Positions 41,129 through 53,594 of a DNA stretch of 55,205 nucleotides are shown in pieces. This DNA is from Eremomyces bilateralis CBS 781.70 (taxonomy: Eukaryota): NCBI GenBank assembly GCA_010015585.1, contig ML975185.1; one strand, given 5' to 3'. The position numbers were made by a program, and so were the translations under genes. The first letter of the stretch is position 1. Every line of letters begins with the position of its first letter. The notes below the pieces were generated by a model. That model was not told the origin of the DNA. It made no database searches and worked only from the letters and a program-made list of their open reading frames with translations.

Positions 41129-42952
41129 ATTGACGGATCAAGGATATTGGAGCGGTGATAGCGCGAGATAAATAGACAATTGAGACGGATAGGGAGCAAC
41201 TGGAAGACTCAAACGAGGGACTGACGGCTAGAAACGTAGAGATCAGGCAGACAGAGCAATAGTCAAGGAAGCTTAGAGGGCTTCTCCAGATTCTTCAAGG
41301 GACATCTCCTCGATTTATAAAGGTACGCAGGACTCGACCCTGTATTACATGTAGCTCGCACTGCATACGGATATATTGGTTTATGTCAGTCTCCAAGCGA
41401 GTGGAGTTCGAGCTGATCGACTGAAAAATCGCCAAGTTAATATTGCCAGGCACGTTGTATCCCGGTGGCTCAGTGTGGAGATTGTTATAGCTATCCGACA
41501 ATTGGACGTCACTTCCTATGCAGCTGTAGTCGGGGATCCGATGCATATGTAATACACTCATGCAGGACAGCTAATGTCTCGTGGTCCGCCAATGTCGACG
41601 GTCAGTGGCGTACATTGACGGCTCTCTGGAGTCTCAAGAATCAAGTGACAGATACTTTGGGAATTGGGGATATCCGTCAGCCGATCCATTTCCGCATCTA
41701 TTGGAGGCTGCAAAACACTGCACCGCACCCCCCCCTTTTCGCAACTCGACCGGCGCACGTCGAATTAGTATTGCTTTCTCGGGAAGCCATCGGAATGGCA
41801 GAAACTCCTGAGATAGGATACCTTGACCGGGTGACGGGTAATTCAAGCCTCTAACAGGTGGTACTTTTCCAGTCGTGTCACCATCCGTCTGCGGTCCCCG
41901 CGGTCCTGCAGTTCAATCTGCGGTTTTTGACCTCACAGTCATGAGGCAGGTATATTAATAAATCAGAATGGGACTTGATGGACGTTGGAATGATATGCCC
42001 GACAGCTCCCCTGCACGTTCGCTTACTACGTTAGGTTCGACTCCAGGGTTCCAGCTAGGCAGCCCAATATGCTTTCATTTGCATCATGTAACCAGACCTC
42101 GTGAAACCCAATTTTATTGAAAATCCCCATTCCAGGGCATATACTCCGTAGCAAATGAACCTAATTATAAACGAATAGGAGGGGATCGAACTTCGTTTTC
42201 AGGAAGGATGGTAGCATCAGGCTGCTACTCTATCAACTTCTTGTTCTTCAGTCGGCCGATGCTGGACTAGGATGAAGGGAAGAAAAGAGCATTGAGGGTC
42301 GGGTGGAAATAGCGCCTTATGATCGCCCAACCATTCCCCAAGTCCCATCAAGACGCGGGCGCCAATTATTAAGGGGAAGAGAAATTATCGAGATGCTATG
42401 CAACCGTAATAGTTAAATGACTGGAATGGTGGTGAACAAGACCATGTACACAGAACACCACGATACGAGCTGAGCATATGCCAGCGAGGTATCATCACTA
42501 GTACCCATATGGATAGGGAAGAGGAAAGAAATCCCATTCGTCATTGTCGTGACTATCTGTCCATGCTATCAAATATCCCATCTCACTCAGCCCGGTACGT
42601 TTTCCTGCATCAGCACTTGAATGAGGTCCGACTCATCCATCACATTGCTTCCATCCATCGCTCACGCTTCTAACCCGACGATGCTGAGCATCAACACCGC
42701 CTTCGTCCTCTAGAAAAGTAAACCAGCGCTACTCCGACAAGCCAACTCCGCAAAACGATAGTTACGGGAGGGATTGGAGACATTGAGATGTATTCCGAGT
42801 TCTGAAGGGAGGACGCGATCAAACACGCGGGAAAGAAAGAGAAGAGAAATCGCTGGCACCGCTGCCCAGGTTGCATCGGGTGCCCACTGCCATCGCTCGT
42901 AAAGAAGAGAATAGCTCGCTACAAATCGCATATCATGCAACGGAAATCTAAA

Positions 42953-45655
42953 TCAAAGGTCCTCATTAATCCAATCAGAGCCGTCAAAGGCGGTGTTGCC
43001 ATGACGCCCATCATGAGAAAGGCCCGCAAAAATGTCGTCCGTCCCATTTTGTTGCGAGAAGCCCATGCCAGACATGTAGTCATAGTCCGCAGCTGCGAAG
43101 CCCGTATTGGCAGGTGCAGGCCCGGTGGCGTTTCCGGAAGAGTTGGTCATGTTTGGGAACGTGCCCAGACCGGGTTCGTCGAACAACTGGAAATCTTGCC
43201 CACCATTGGGGTCGAATTCATCGCCGAGACCCTCATCCATTATGTCGTCAGGGGAGAAGAGCGTCAAATCTCCTTGACCAACCGGGGAGATGTGTGTGCC
43301 GAGAGTGGTATTCTGAGGGAGGGACGGGTCGGGAACAGGGAGTTGTGGAAAGCCATACACGCCATCGTCAAAAACCTGACTGCCAGCAGGGGCTTGGTTG
43401 GCATAGGTGACGAAAGGTGAGGCTCCACCGATAGTATTCGTAGTCGGAGAGCACGGCGAAAGGTGAAACTGGCCTGAGTACGCAGGGGTTGGAGGGTTGA
43501 TCGATGTGTGGGCGCTCTGGTAAGAAGGATGGACATGACCCTCGTTTGAGACCGAACGACCGCCATTGAACGCATCGGGACCCATTCTGTACGAGGACTG
43601 CATGTCGCCTAATGAAAAATCGATGTTGCTATAATCGAGATTCGGTGTATCTGGGGTAATGGCGTCGTCAAAGGAGGAGTGACTCCCTGCCACCTCGTTT
43701 TGGTACTCGTACGCATTGTAGTTGTGGCCAACTTGTGCGGAGGAATTGTGTGAAGCGTTGGTTGCCACGGAACCGCGGCGGAAGTAATCCATGTCAGACA
43801 AGAATGGACTTGCACCAGGAGTGGCGAGATGGGGAAAGGCCTGGTTCGAGTTGGGAGTGATGAACGGAGTCAAGGGTGTTTGAGGCGTAACGCTTGCTAA
43901 AGACGCAGAACCAGTCGAAGCAGTCGCATCACTGGCACGCTTCTTGCCGTTGGACTTGGATCGAATGTATGGAACATTGTGCGCCTTCTCCATGTGCTGT
44001 TTGCAGTTCGACTCACGCTTTGACGTGTAGGTACAACCGGAGAAGGTACATCGGTATTGGTGGGGATTAGCAGCATGTTTGTCATTGTAGTGACGCTCGC
44101 ACTCCTTCTCTGTGGGCCAGCCATATTCGTGATACTTGCAGCTTCTCACCCTGCACTTGAAGGGACGCGAATGCGTCTTCTCGTGCTTCGTCAGGTCACA
44201 AGGACGTTTGAACTCCTTGTCACAGCTGGGGCAGTGATGGATGACATCCGACGGCGGTTCGTTCTTCTTTCGGCGAGCCATGGAGCGGTGGACGCTCTCA
44301 TCGTCTGAGTCCTCGTAAACTGGGCGCTTAAACGAGGCTGGTTTCGATTGAACGGGGTGCAGTTGGCTTTCTGCGGCGATAGGGATGGGCTCGCCACCCT
44401 TGCGGGTGCGAACAAGTTCGATGGTGGTCCCGTCCTCACTCAGGCCGCCGCGAAGACTGAGTTTCTCGCTTCTGTTCCAATGTAAGTCATTGTTACTGTA
44501 CCATTGTTGTATTTGTCTTGAAGGGGGGAAATGGGACAAAGATATGGGTGAGACATACGGATGATAGTCGTCTTCCGCTAGAGGCTGACCAGCGGCCTCT
44601 CTAGCACGAGTGGTCGCCATGATCTGTGCGTAATTCCGGACCTGTGCGACGAGGTCAAGGAAGTACCCGTTAGAATATGGACGGTCGGAAGGGAGTTGAA
44701 GATCGCGAGGTGGAAGGTATTCGACGGTGGAGATGAGGACGCGAATCGACTGTTCGCAGAACCGGAGGTAGTTCTTGGACGATACGGCGATGGTCTTTCC
44801 GGACATCGAATGATAAGCCTGCGAACCACACAAGATTGTATGGGGACTTACTGGCGCGAGAAGGATGAGAACTTTTTCAAGGTCACGAAGGTTGCTGATT
44901 TCACCACTGCCAATGCGGCGAGGGATATCGTCAATGAGAGGGTGGAATTCCTGAAGACCTGCTTCCGCTTTAATCGGTTTCAGGATGAGACGATCAATGT
45001 GTTGCTGCGCAGGTGAAGAGAGCGGGCAACCGGATGGGACCGATTTGAGGGGAGAACTAGTGAAGTTTCCAGTGATGGAGGAACCGAGAGTAGAAATAGA
45101 CGAAGGGGAAGTGCGAGTGTGAGATTGAAGTGAATCGTCTGGGAGCGGGCTATTGTTAGCCATGGTCACAATAGGAAGTGAATAGGACAATAGCTCACCT
45201 GCACTTGAAACACTCGAGCCAATCCCACTATCTGAATCGTGACTATTGTGCTCAATAGGGTCTTTCTTATCATCTACATCCATGTCATCTTGATCGGCGA
45301 CAATGTCATGCAAGCCGAATACAGGGAGCGTGGCGTGATCGAAAGCGGGGACGGCGGAACGAGAAAGTGCGCCAGTCTGAGGTCGTCGATAAAAGGTGCG
45401 GTCGAAGTCATCCAGTATGTCCCGCACACGACCTTGGCTTGACTCGTCAATGAGTTGCTCGAGTGCCTTAGGGCATGTGGGTGACCGCTTGGGCATGAAG
45501 CGGGAATTATCGACAAGGTCGGTCGACAGCGCAAGAGGTACATGAAATGTTTCGCTCTTGGTGAGAGGCATGACGCCGAGTCTCGAAGGAGTCAGTGCCG
45601 TGGATGGGGACGGCGAGCCCTTTTGAGGGCGGCGACGAGGGTGGGGCGAGGCCAT
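42953..45655 (-). CDS. ace1: C2H2 zinc-finger transcription factor, ACE1/SltA family
   Basis: LTKSETFH, SDSGIGSS, LRDLEK, DRPYSNGYFLDLV.QVR.YA, RSMARRKK; three fingers CPSCDKEFKRPCDLTKHEKTHSRP, CKYHEYGWPTEKECERHYNDKH, CTYTSKRESNCKQHMEKAH. Introns 45198-45139, 44851-44795 and 44558-44472. Confidence 0.9.
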   Translation of the reverse strand: MASPHPRRRPQKGSPSPSTALTPSRLGVMPLTKSETFHVPLALSTDLVDNSRFMPKRSPTCPKALEQLIDESSQGRVRDILDDFDRTFYRRPQTGALSRSAVPAFDHATLPVFGLHDIVADQDDMDVDDKKDPIEHNSHDSDSGIGSSVSSAGELLSYSLPIVTMANNSPLPDDSLQSHTRTSPSSISTLGSSITGNFTSSPLKSVPSGCPLSSPAQQHIDRLILKPIKAEAGLQEFHPLIDDIPRRIGSGEISNLRDLEKVLILLAPVSPHTILCGSQAYHSMSGKTIAVSSKNYLRFCEQSIRVLISTVEYLPPRDLQLPSDRPYSNGYFLDLVAQVRNYAQIMATTRAREAAGQPLAEDDYHPYVSPISLSHFPPSRQIQQWYSNNDLHWNRSEKLSLRGGLSEDGTTIELVRTRKGGEPIPIAAESQLHPVQSKPASFKRPVYEDSDDESVHRSMARRKKNEPPSDVIHHCPSCDKEFKRPCDLTKHEKTHSRPFKCRVRSCKYHEYGWPTEKECERHYNDKHAANPHQYRCTFSGCTYTSKRESNCKQHMEKAHNVPYIRSKSNGKKRASDATASTGSASLASVTPQTPLTPFITPNSNQAFPHLATPGASPFLSDMDYFRRGSVATNASHNSSAQVGHNYNAYEYQNEVAGSHSSFDDAITPDTPNLDYSNIDFSLGDMQSSYRMGPDAFNGGRSVSNEGHVHPSYQSAHTSINPPTPAYSGQFHLSPCSPTTNTIGGASPFVTYANQAPAGSQVFDDGVYGFPQLPVPDPSLPQNTTLGTHISPVGQGDLTLFSPDDIMDEGLGDEFDPNGGQDFQLFDEPGLGTFPNMTNSSGNATGPAPANTGFAAADYDYMSGMGFSQQNGTDDIFAGLSHDGRHGNTAFDGSDWINEDL

Positions 45656-48600
45656 GCTGTGGGATGGAGGTCGGAAGAACAGAATAGAGCCAATCTGCTG
45701 GCGAGCCCAGAAAATTAGCTCGAGTTTTCTTTGAACAAGTGGCCTATTGCAGCAAAGGATTCATGTATCTTAATGAGTCACGGAGATGACTGGAAAGACA
45801 GATGTGTAGGTATCGAAACGGGGAATTGTTTAAAGGGATTCTCTTCCGAGGATGGAGAGACACCCCTTGTTGCTGGATAGACCAAAAGGAACTGCGCCTT
45901 CTTGAGACAATCGAGAGCTCCGCTTCGTTCTCGGTGATGCGTCACGAGAGTGAAGAATGTCCAGGGCGTACGATTGAATGATGAGGGCGCATATGACACT
46001 GAGATGGAGGCAATAGGGCGGGATGATATGGAATTCAACAGACAACGCAGAGATCGATAGAAGGAAATGGAGGTTGAGAGAGGACTCCAGCTTACCAGAA
46101 GGGTAAAAAAGAGGTAAATGGGCGATGAAAAGGCGCAGCCGCGGGATCCAGAGTTGGACAGCGGAGGAATATAACAGATCCTCACCAGTGGGTAGCAAGG
46201 ATGAGGGTGACGGGAACGCGGCCGAGAGGAAGCAGCTGGGCGCTGGACACAGGACAGGGCCAGGGATTTGTCTGCCTGATCGGGGTCGTCTCAATGTCAA
46301 GCAGTGCAAAGAGCCAAAAGGATGTGAGGTGAGTGGTGAAGTGGTGAAGTGGTGAGGTGGTGATGGAAAGTGATGGATATGAGTGAGTGATGAGGAGCAT
46401 TGGTGGAGGTAGAGGACGCGTGGGTCCGAAGCGGGAAGGACCAGAGCACGCACGCCCCTGCCAGTTGTGTCGCTGCTGCCTAAACTAAAATTGCGTGGAC
46501 TCCGCCCCGATTGGCCCGTGCTCCCGTGACATCCCAGCGCGGCAGCGCCTTACGACTTCCAGTCTCGATCATTCCATTCCTTCGTAATATCAATCCGATG
46601 TCTGCATGTGCAGGACTGTCAGTCTGTCACGTGTATCAGCGTCTTCCCTCGATGATGATATCTGAAATATAGTTTGCCGTCCGGTAGTATCGCTTTACTG
46701 TTTACTAATATCAAGAATCAACCCATAGACAGATACAGGTACCAACCGATGCAGACAGCGACCGGAATTGGCCGCTTCCTCCAAGTTTAGACACAGCCGG
46801 ACAAGGAGGAAATTCAAGTCCGAAGTTACACTATACCTGTTTGGGCTGACCGGCGACCATTCCTTACCAGATCGTCAATTGGCAGTAATCGCCCACTTGA
46901 TCAATAATATTAGCATGTCTGGATTCCGTGATCGTCCCTGTCGGTTGGAAGCTGGTATGTTCAGGTCTTCAGGAGAACAGTTGGCAACAGGCCAGCTGAC
47001 GGATATGATTGTGGCATTATTTTCCATGGCATGAGAACTTCTCGGAGCAAATTACTGGCTTTTTTTCTAATCACATCCCACAAAAGTCTAGTTCTGTAAC
47101 CTTTGTTAATACGACTTGGAGTTCAATCGGGTCATCAAGCACGCCACACAGCCTCATCACGTCTGCGCCGTATGGCTCGCTCCGTCTCGATTTTCTGCGC
47201 CTCTTTGAGTTGATCAACAATTGGTATTCCGTACTAAATCACCAACTCTATTCTCAAGGATTATATTCCTTCATGAAGCGGATTTCTTGCGCTCATCCAG
47301 TTGCAGTGCCCATAACTCCGCATTTTGCCCAGGGGCTTCCGCAGGAACCGCGATAAATCACTGATAATGTCGCAGACCCCACAGCCCTGGATGTTTCGAA
47401 TGGTTTGTATGACGGTGAAGGAAGCTGGCACGGGAACTATTGGCTGTTCCGAAACAAACTTTTGTCTCCTCGATTCCTCATGAACCACTTCTGGCACCTG
47501 GTGAGTGGTGACTCAGGTAGGCACATATGCAGGTACTGATTATCCAGTCATCGAATTCAAGTATTCAACCCCCATCAGCAATCAGACATGTGTGTGGTGG
47601 CGGAGTGCGGCGGGGCATGTCAACCCTCAACAATCAACATCGATAGTTCAACACCTTAACAGTTCGACCCCTTGACAGTTCGACACCTTGACATGGAAGT
47701 CCCTCCGTCCTTGAACGTATCCGCGTAGCCACAGTTCGCTAAAATTCCCCAGCGCCAGTCTTTTTAGCGTCAGGGCTGAGGACCGAGCCCCGCCTTGCAA
47801 CAGCAGCGATGTAGTTCTGTCCCCTTCTAGCCCCATTATCACTGGCTAATCGATGCCCAATTATTGGCGGCTTGAGCCTCTTCAGTCTTCAGTCTTCACA
47901 CCTGCGATCATGCTAGCAATCCATTTGGTACAGAGGTCGGAAAGCACGGGCATGTTGACTGAATCCTGATTGAATCAGCATTTGACAGCCCCAGCTACTG
48001 ACGCCCTATTCCGTATAACTCTGCTCGTTTACCGGTTTGCAAAGGGCGCAAGTGACTGATACCGCCGCTTAAGCTAAGCCAGATGGCTATGCTAATCGAT
48101 GGACAGGGCGACGTGTTCTTCTCGAGCATGGTTCCGTCCATGGTCGCTGATGAGTCCCTCGCAGTTGAATGCTTTCATTTCTTCATCCTCGGATGAACAA
48201 ATGGCATCTACCGAATTGGGCAGCCCATCTTCCGCGTTTCCGCCCATGACGCCAACCGTTGACGTTGCATTTGTTTGTTACTGTCTTGAAGCCAGGATAC
48301 GATATTAGGCTACAGCATTCTCGGGACTCGGGAGTAAATACACCTTGTGTGGAAGGTTTGTACTGGATGCCGATCATCTCCAAGGGTGGTGCATGCGAAA
48401 GTTCCTAGGTCTCGAAGACGTTGGTTTTGAATTGACAGGCAGGTCTACTACGTATTCAATTCACCTGTGCCCTCCTCCCGTCCTTACCAACTCACCATCC
48501 AAGAGCAAGATGGCGTGTTTTCATCTCTTCTCTTTCTTTGCACCTTTTCTATTATCTTACTAAGAATATCAGTATGGTGGCATCGACTTGTGTCTTCAAG

Positions 48601-49480
48601 ACACGTCCATGAGCCAATGCTGGCACCTGCCCTGGCGTTGGAATTGCCGTATTCTTTGCCTTGAACTTGATATCAGCTCTACTCCAGGGCCAGCAGGGGT
48701 TTCCGGGACCAAAGGTCTAATTATGTTTGCTTTGATCTCTACCAGGATGGACCTCCCATGCACCCATCGTAATACAAAGCGTCCAATATTCCTGGATACG
48801 CCCCTGATTTTGCCTCCACGACAAACTGTGTCTCCCTTTGCTCAGTACCGTGCCTGCTACTGATGATATTCTTTCCATTAATTAGTTCTATTAAGCATTT
48901 ACTGATTGATCTACGAGCTGGAGATATACGTTATGGTTAATCGGTGATCTCCACTACCTGCGAGTCCGTCTTAATGTATCGTCATTCTCAACCTGCAATC
49001 GCTTGAGCCATGACCCCAGCAAAGTCATGAACAGGACAGTTTCCAAACGTCGAGTCTTCTGACCATCCTGATATCGTTTTCTTATTTTTAGTCTCGGAAG
49101 TCTATATTGCTCAATATGCAAACGCATTTATTTCCCGGGACTACCAGTCTATCGACCCGTCTTCCCTGGATCTGCACCCTGGTCATTCATCAAAATATAT
49201 GGCTCACGAAATTGCATGGCCAACAAAGAGTCTATCAAATGCACGCAAATCGAATGAAGTAATATGGTCTCGCGATGAGCACGCCGGACTAAGCTTTCTT
49301 GCCCTCCATGGCCAACGAGCACGACTCTATCTCGGTATCGATGAATTACTATGCAAGGATTTTATTGAGATTTTCACAACTTAAACATGTGGTTTCCATG
49401 TAATTTCCGGATTATTGCTTTCAGAGGATGCGACACTGTTTGATACCAGTGGAAATTGACGCTGCACCAGTATCGAAACA

Positions 49481-51184
49481 ATGCCTCTCTCGTCCCGCTT
49501 CGACACATGGCGTTCATCTGCCTTGTTTCTCGTTTTCCTAAGTCTAATATCGTTCACAGCAGCAGACATTACAATAATCCCCGGAAATCCAGATCCGAGA
49601 CCGTACAATGAGGAATTCGATCGGCGAGTCAGCTCCGTCCAGGAGCTATTCCAAACTGGCGCCTTCAATGAAGCACACTATGTCCTCAACGACACCCATA
49701 TCATCGCCTCTTCTGCAGACACTCCAAACGGAACAATCTCCAAGGACACTTATGCATCGTCTGACTCCTTCGTCCGGAGTGCCATCCAAGCATGGGGCCA
49801 GCACCACCACCTCGTCATTCGTCCCGACGAAATCTGGTTTACCATATTGGCACAGATGAACTTCTACATGAACGCCCACGCCGAGGACGTACGTGAAGTG
49901 TTCGTTGCATTTGAGGGAAAGCAAGAAATCAAAATCCAGGACTTCACATGGAACCTGGTGATCGGACGATTCGCTGAGGAGATTCAAAAACGAGTCAAAA
50001 CTCCCTGGTTGCTCGACTGGGTGATGCCGAAATTCAGTACCAGCACTGACAACGACGCGATGACGGCAACCGTTCTCATGATGGGCCTCTTCCAAGCTTA
50101 CTTCGACTACTTAGGGGGCATCATTTGCGGATTGCCCTCAGTCACCCTCCTAGGGACCAAGGCCGACTGGGAGCGACTGCTAGCCAAACTCGATCATCTG
50201 CCCGAGTTTGGTGCCGAACCGTCCCTGTATCGAGACCGTTTGAAGCCCATCCTGAGCCGGTTCATAGAATCGTTCGACAAACCAAACGACCCGAAGATCC
50301 GTGAATTTTGGAGTTCCGTTATCCATGCTGAGCCCCAGTCCTTGTGCGGAGCTCCGCCGTATCGCATCTCCGGCTGGCTGACCGGGTTCATATCCTGGGA
50401 TAAGGACGGGAAATACACGGCGACCGGGACGATGAATGAACTACTTGACGGGATCTCATATCCATCTTATGAAATCGACAAACTGCCAATCGGGTATGCA
50501 GGGGCACCGATCACGCTGTTGGACTATCCTGACCCAGGGACCCCAGAGTTCCCTGCGTACATCCTCGCTGGCAACCTAGGGAAGGAAATCAAACAAAGCG
50601 TACCAGATGGCTACCTTGACGCCCTAACCAGCGTCAACTCGAGTTTGGCAGCTACGGAGCTTGCAGCTATCAATGCTGAACCAAGTCTTGAATCACCCAA
50701 GAAGCATTGGACGGTCCAGCCTCGCAGCGCCTGGCTGATGTATGGCCCAGTACCAACGAACGAGACCGATCGCCGGGACAGCGGTGATACCGAACTGAGC
50801 AAATTGGTCAGCATGATCAGAACTGGAACTTGCGACGCATCTCAGGACTCAGGACAGCCGTTTCATGTCGCGAATCCGCCACGGAAGATGAGGAGGCAAT
50901 TAGCACCAGGGGCTGGGAACCGGATTTCTCCCCGGCAAACCAAGGGGTTTTCAGCGGGAGGGAGCGGTCTTGGTTTGCTAGGAACCGACTTTTCGAGTTC
51001 ATCGGATACCGCTGCTCTAGGCTCGTTCGACACTACCGTACAGATTGGCCCTGCAAATGCAGCCGCAGAAGCGGCAGTGCGGGACGGATCGAATGCCGGC
51101 GATGGTGCGGCATGCCAGTGGCGGTACAAGGCTACCCGGACGTTCAACTGTGACATAGGACAAAGAGCGGAGCCAACTGCATGA
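49481..51184 (+). CDS. Secreted DUF4419-domain protein
   Basis: Signal peptide; SFVRSAIQAWGQHHHLVIRPDEIWFTILAQMNFYMNAHAE, PKFSTST, CGLPSVTLLGTKADW, ISGWLTGF; single exon. Confidence 0.85.
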   Translation: MPLSSRFDTWRSSALFLVFLSLISFTAADITIIPGNPDPRPYNEEFDRRVSSVQELFQTGAFNEAHYVLNDTHIIASSADTPNGTISKDTYASSDSFVRSAIQAWGQHHHLVIRPDEIWFTILAQMNFYMNAHAEDVREVFVAFEGKQEIKIQDFTWNLVIGRFAEEIQKRVKTPWLLDWVMPKFSTSTDNDAMTATVLMMGLFQAYFDYLGGIICGLPSVTLLGTKADWERLLAKLDHLPEFGAEPSLYRDRLKPILSRFIESFDKPNDPKIREFWSSVIHAEPQSLCGAPPYRISGWLTGFISWDKDGKYTATGTMNELLDGISYPSYEIDKLPIGYAGAPITLLDYPDPGTPEFPAYILAGNLGKEIKQSVPDGYLDALTSVNSSLAATELAAINAEPSLESPKKHWTVQPRSAWLMYGPVPTNETDRRDSGDTELSKLVSMIRTGTCDASQDSGQPFHVANPPRKMRRQLAPGAGNRISPRQTKGFSAGGSGLGLLGTDFSSSSDTAALGSFDTTVQIGPANAAAEAAVRDGSNAGDGAACQWRYKATRTFNCDIGQRAEPTA

Positions 51185-51269
51185 ATTTGTTTATATTGTA
51201 CAGTCATCTTAAATCATACTGCGATTATCACCAACATCATTTGACGTGATCTTCATCCTGGTGCCATGT

Positions 51270-52301
51270 TTATTCCAACCCAACCATCCTCACGCTTTCT
51301 TTCCACAACTTCCTCTCTCCGGCTGGGTCGTATGCCCATGTAGCATGCCCGTCATCGCTGACACCTAAGGCGTTGTCTTCGCCAGTGGGCCCAACCACTT
51401 CGCAATTGCTGAAGTATTTCCCGCCTTTACCTTCCCATTCCGCCGCGACCGCGCAGAAGACACTCGTCGCCGCCCCTTGCTCGATACTCTTCATGTAGGT
51501 GTCAGCATTGGGAAGAGTCTTCCACTTTTCTTTTGTCGCCTCGTCAACATGTTGTTGTAAATTGGTATAGATGCCACCCGGATGCAAGCTGTATGCGTGG
51601 ATGGGGGCCTCCGTATCCGCTCCATAGACTCGGTCGATGTAGTTGGCCATCCAAATGTTGGCAGTCTTGGCTTGACCGTATGCGACCCAGGTATTGTAGC
51701 CGTCTTTCTCGAAGTTATAATCGTCAAAGCGAATAGACCCTGCACGGTGACCGATACTGGACACCGCTACCACCCTGGATGTACGATTGGGGGAGGCTTT
51801 GCTCCCTGCTTTCAGGGCAGGGAGGAGAAGTTGGACCAGCAAGAAATGCCCAAGGTGGTTGACACCGAACTGGGTCTCAAAGCCATCGACTGTTCGGCCC
51901 TCCGGCGCGGCCATGATTCCAGCATTGCACACCAACACATTCAGTCGGCTCTCTTTCGATAGGAATCCCTCGGCTGCACTTCGCACGCTCGCGAGGCTGT
52001 TAAGGTCCAAATGAAGAATCTCGAGCTTCCCCGTCCCTTTGGTTTTCGAGATAATGTCAGCCGCTGTCTTCTCAAGGCTGGTCACGTTCCTTCCGGTGAT
52101 GTAGACGTCGGCTCCAGTGGAGTGAAGCGCTCGAGCGGTTTCGATTCCGATTCCATTCGTGCAACCTGTCACGAGCATGACTTGGCCAGGCAGGGTATTG
52201 TTGAGATTCTGATCGTCAATGATCTGTTGCGCGGTCGGTCGAGCATCCCCTGGACCTTGAGGCTTGAGGTGAGCCTCATGATAGCATGAAATGGCACTCA
52301 T
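51270..52301 (-). CDS. Short-chain dehydrogenase/reductase (WWOX/retinol dehydrogenase-like)
   Basis: GPGDARPTA, TGCTNGIG, NAGIMA, FGVNHLGHFLL, VSS, YGQAKTAN (YxxxK), LHPG; likely ATG at 52301. Confidence 0.93.
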   Translation of the reverse strand: MSAISCYHEAHLKPQGPGDARPTAQQIIDDQNLNNTLPGQVMLVTGCTNGIGIETARALHSTGADVYITGRNVTSLEKTAADIISKTKGTGKLEILHLDLNSLASVRSAAEGFLSKESRLNVLVCNAGIMAAPEGRTVDGFETQFGVNHLGHFLLVQLLLPALKAGSKASPNRTSRVVAVSSIGHRAGSIRFDDYNFEKDGYNTWVAYGQAKTANIWMANYIDRVYGADTEAPIHAYSLHPGGIYTNLQQHVDEATKEKWKTLPNADTYMKSIEQGAATSVFCAVAAEWEGKGGKYFSNCEVVGPTGEDNALGVSDDGHATWAYDPAGERKLWKESVRMVGLE

Positions 52302-53594
52302 ATTTGAGTTGGAGAAAATATAAAGGCAGAAGTTATGCACATGAAGGCCTGATAGAAATGGCTTGCCTCTCCTATGTCCTCGTAGAATGGTGAGTGTTCA
52401 GGCACGTCAAGATATTGTGAATCTGATTGAAGGCGGTGGTCTGTGGTAGAATGAATGTGAGGACTGATGATACAGCCAGCAGAGACCACCGCCCATTGCT
52501 GCTCTTATACTCTTTGAACGGGGGTTAAGGTCATGTCCTTATATCCGTCTGGATTTATCGTCAATAACTAACAGTGGCTATAAAAGTGTACGTACGTAGC
52601 CATGGTGCACTAGCCACGATTACCTAGCTCCGTAAGACTTGCAGCCTCATGGTTATCTCAGTTGGGACTCAGTCGGCAATGGTGCCCCCTGGCCAATATG
52701 GCATTCCGCTATACTCAATGAAGCCTAGACTCTTCTTTAGCATGCACCACTAAATATTGACCAATCATATGCCATAAAGGCAGTTGGCACAACTGCCGTC
52801 TGAGAGACTCCTACATAGTTTGTGTGGATGTGTCGAGTATCAAATCATGATATAGGTGAGGGAACTTCCATCGCTAAGTGTGCTTGATCCGGAAAGGCTA
52901 TCGCTAATCTGTTTTCAGAAATTGATCGTACGCGTTGACTTCTACATTTCATCAAGTTTTAGGACCAATCCAAACACTCTACATGTTATGGTTCTGATCC
53001 TGCGTGCCGAACTTGGTATCACGTGACTATGTCATTCCTCTCAAGCGATGTATATTCTAATTATCCGAAGTTCGCCCAGCCAAAGCACCTCCAAATCTTT
53101 GTGTTCTAATTTCCACTCTTCCCCCATAGATCCCTCCTTTTTGGCGTCAACTGTACATGAGTACGAAGACCAGCTCGTTTAGGTGTATTCGACCTATCTT
53201 GTCTGGTAATCTGCCCTTTCTCCTGGTTTCCCGATACCTCCCTAAGAGGCGTCCGGCTTCTTGTGCGCATACCTGAAGAAGAATCTTGAGCAGCTCATTT
53301 GGCCGTTTGGCTGCGCGGCCAAATGTTAACAGGTATAGGAGTTTTAATATCTGAGGGGATTATAGTCGAATCATCTGCACCAGAATCTAACTTAACGCTA
53401 ATTTGTGATACGAACGATAACTCCTCTCCCACGACAAACGAGCTTCCTCATTCCTGCGACCCTTCCGATGCCTCCGACTGTGATGAAAACGAGGGCCAAT
53501 GGCAGGGTTTGAATGTTTCCCGATACTCATTAAGCTGCTGCGCAAGTAGCTCGTTATGCATGGTAACCCGGAGCCCATCCCTATCATCTACCAG

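Noticed and set aside
42030..42200. B-box-like GGTTCGACTCC and a reverse GTTCGATCCC
   Set aside because: No A-box, proper T-stem or cloverleaf, so not a tRNA; isolated TFIIIC sites cannot be excluded.
45830..46453. 207-aa ORF upstream of ACE1/SltA
   Set aside because: Non-ATG start and low-complexity pyrimidine-rich leader sequence.
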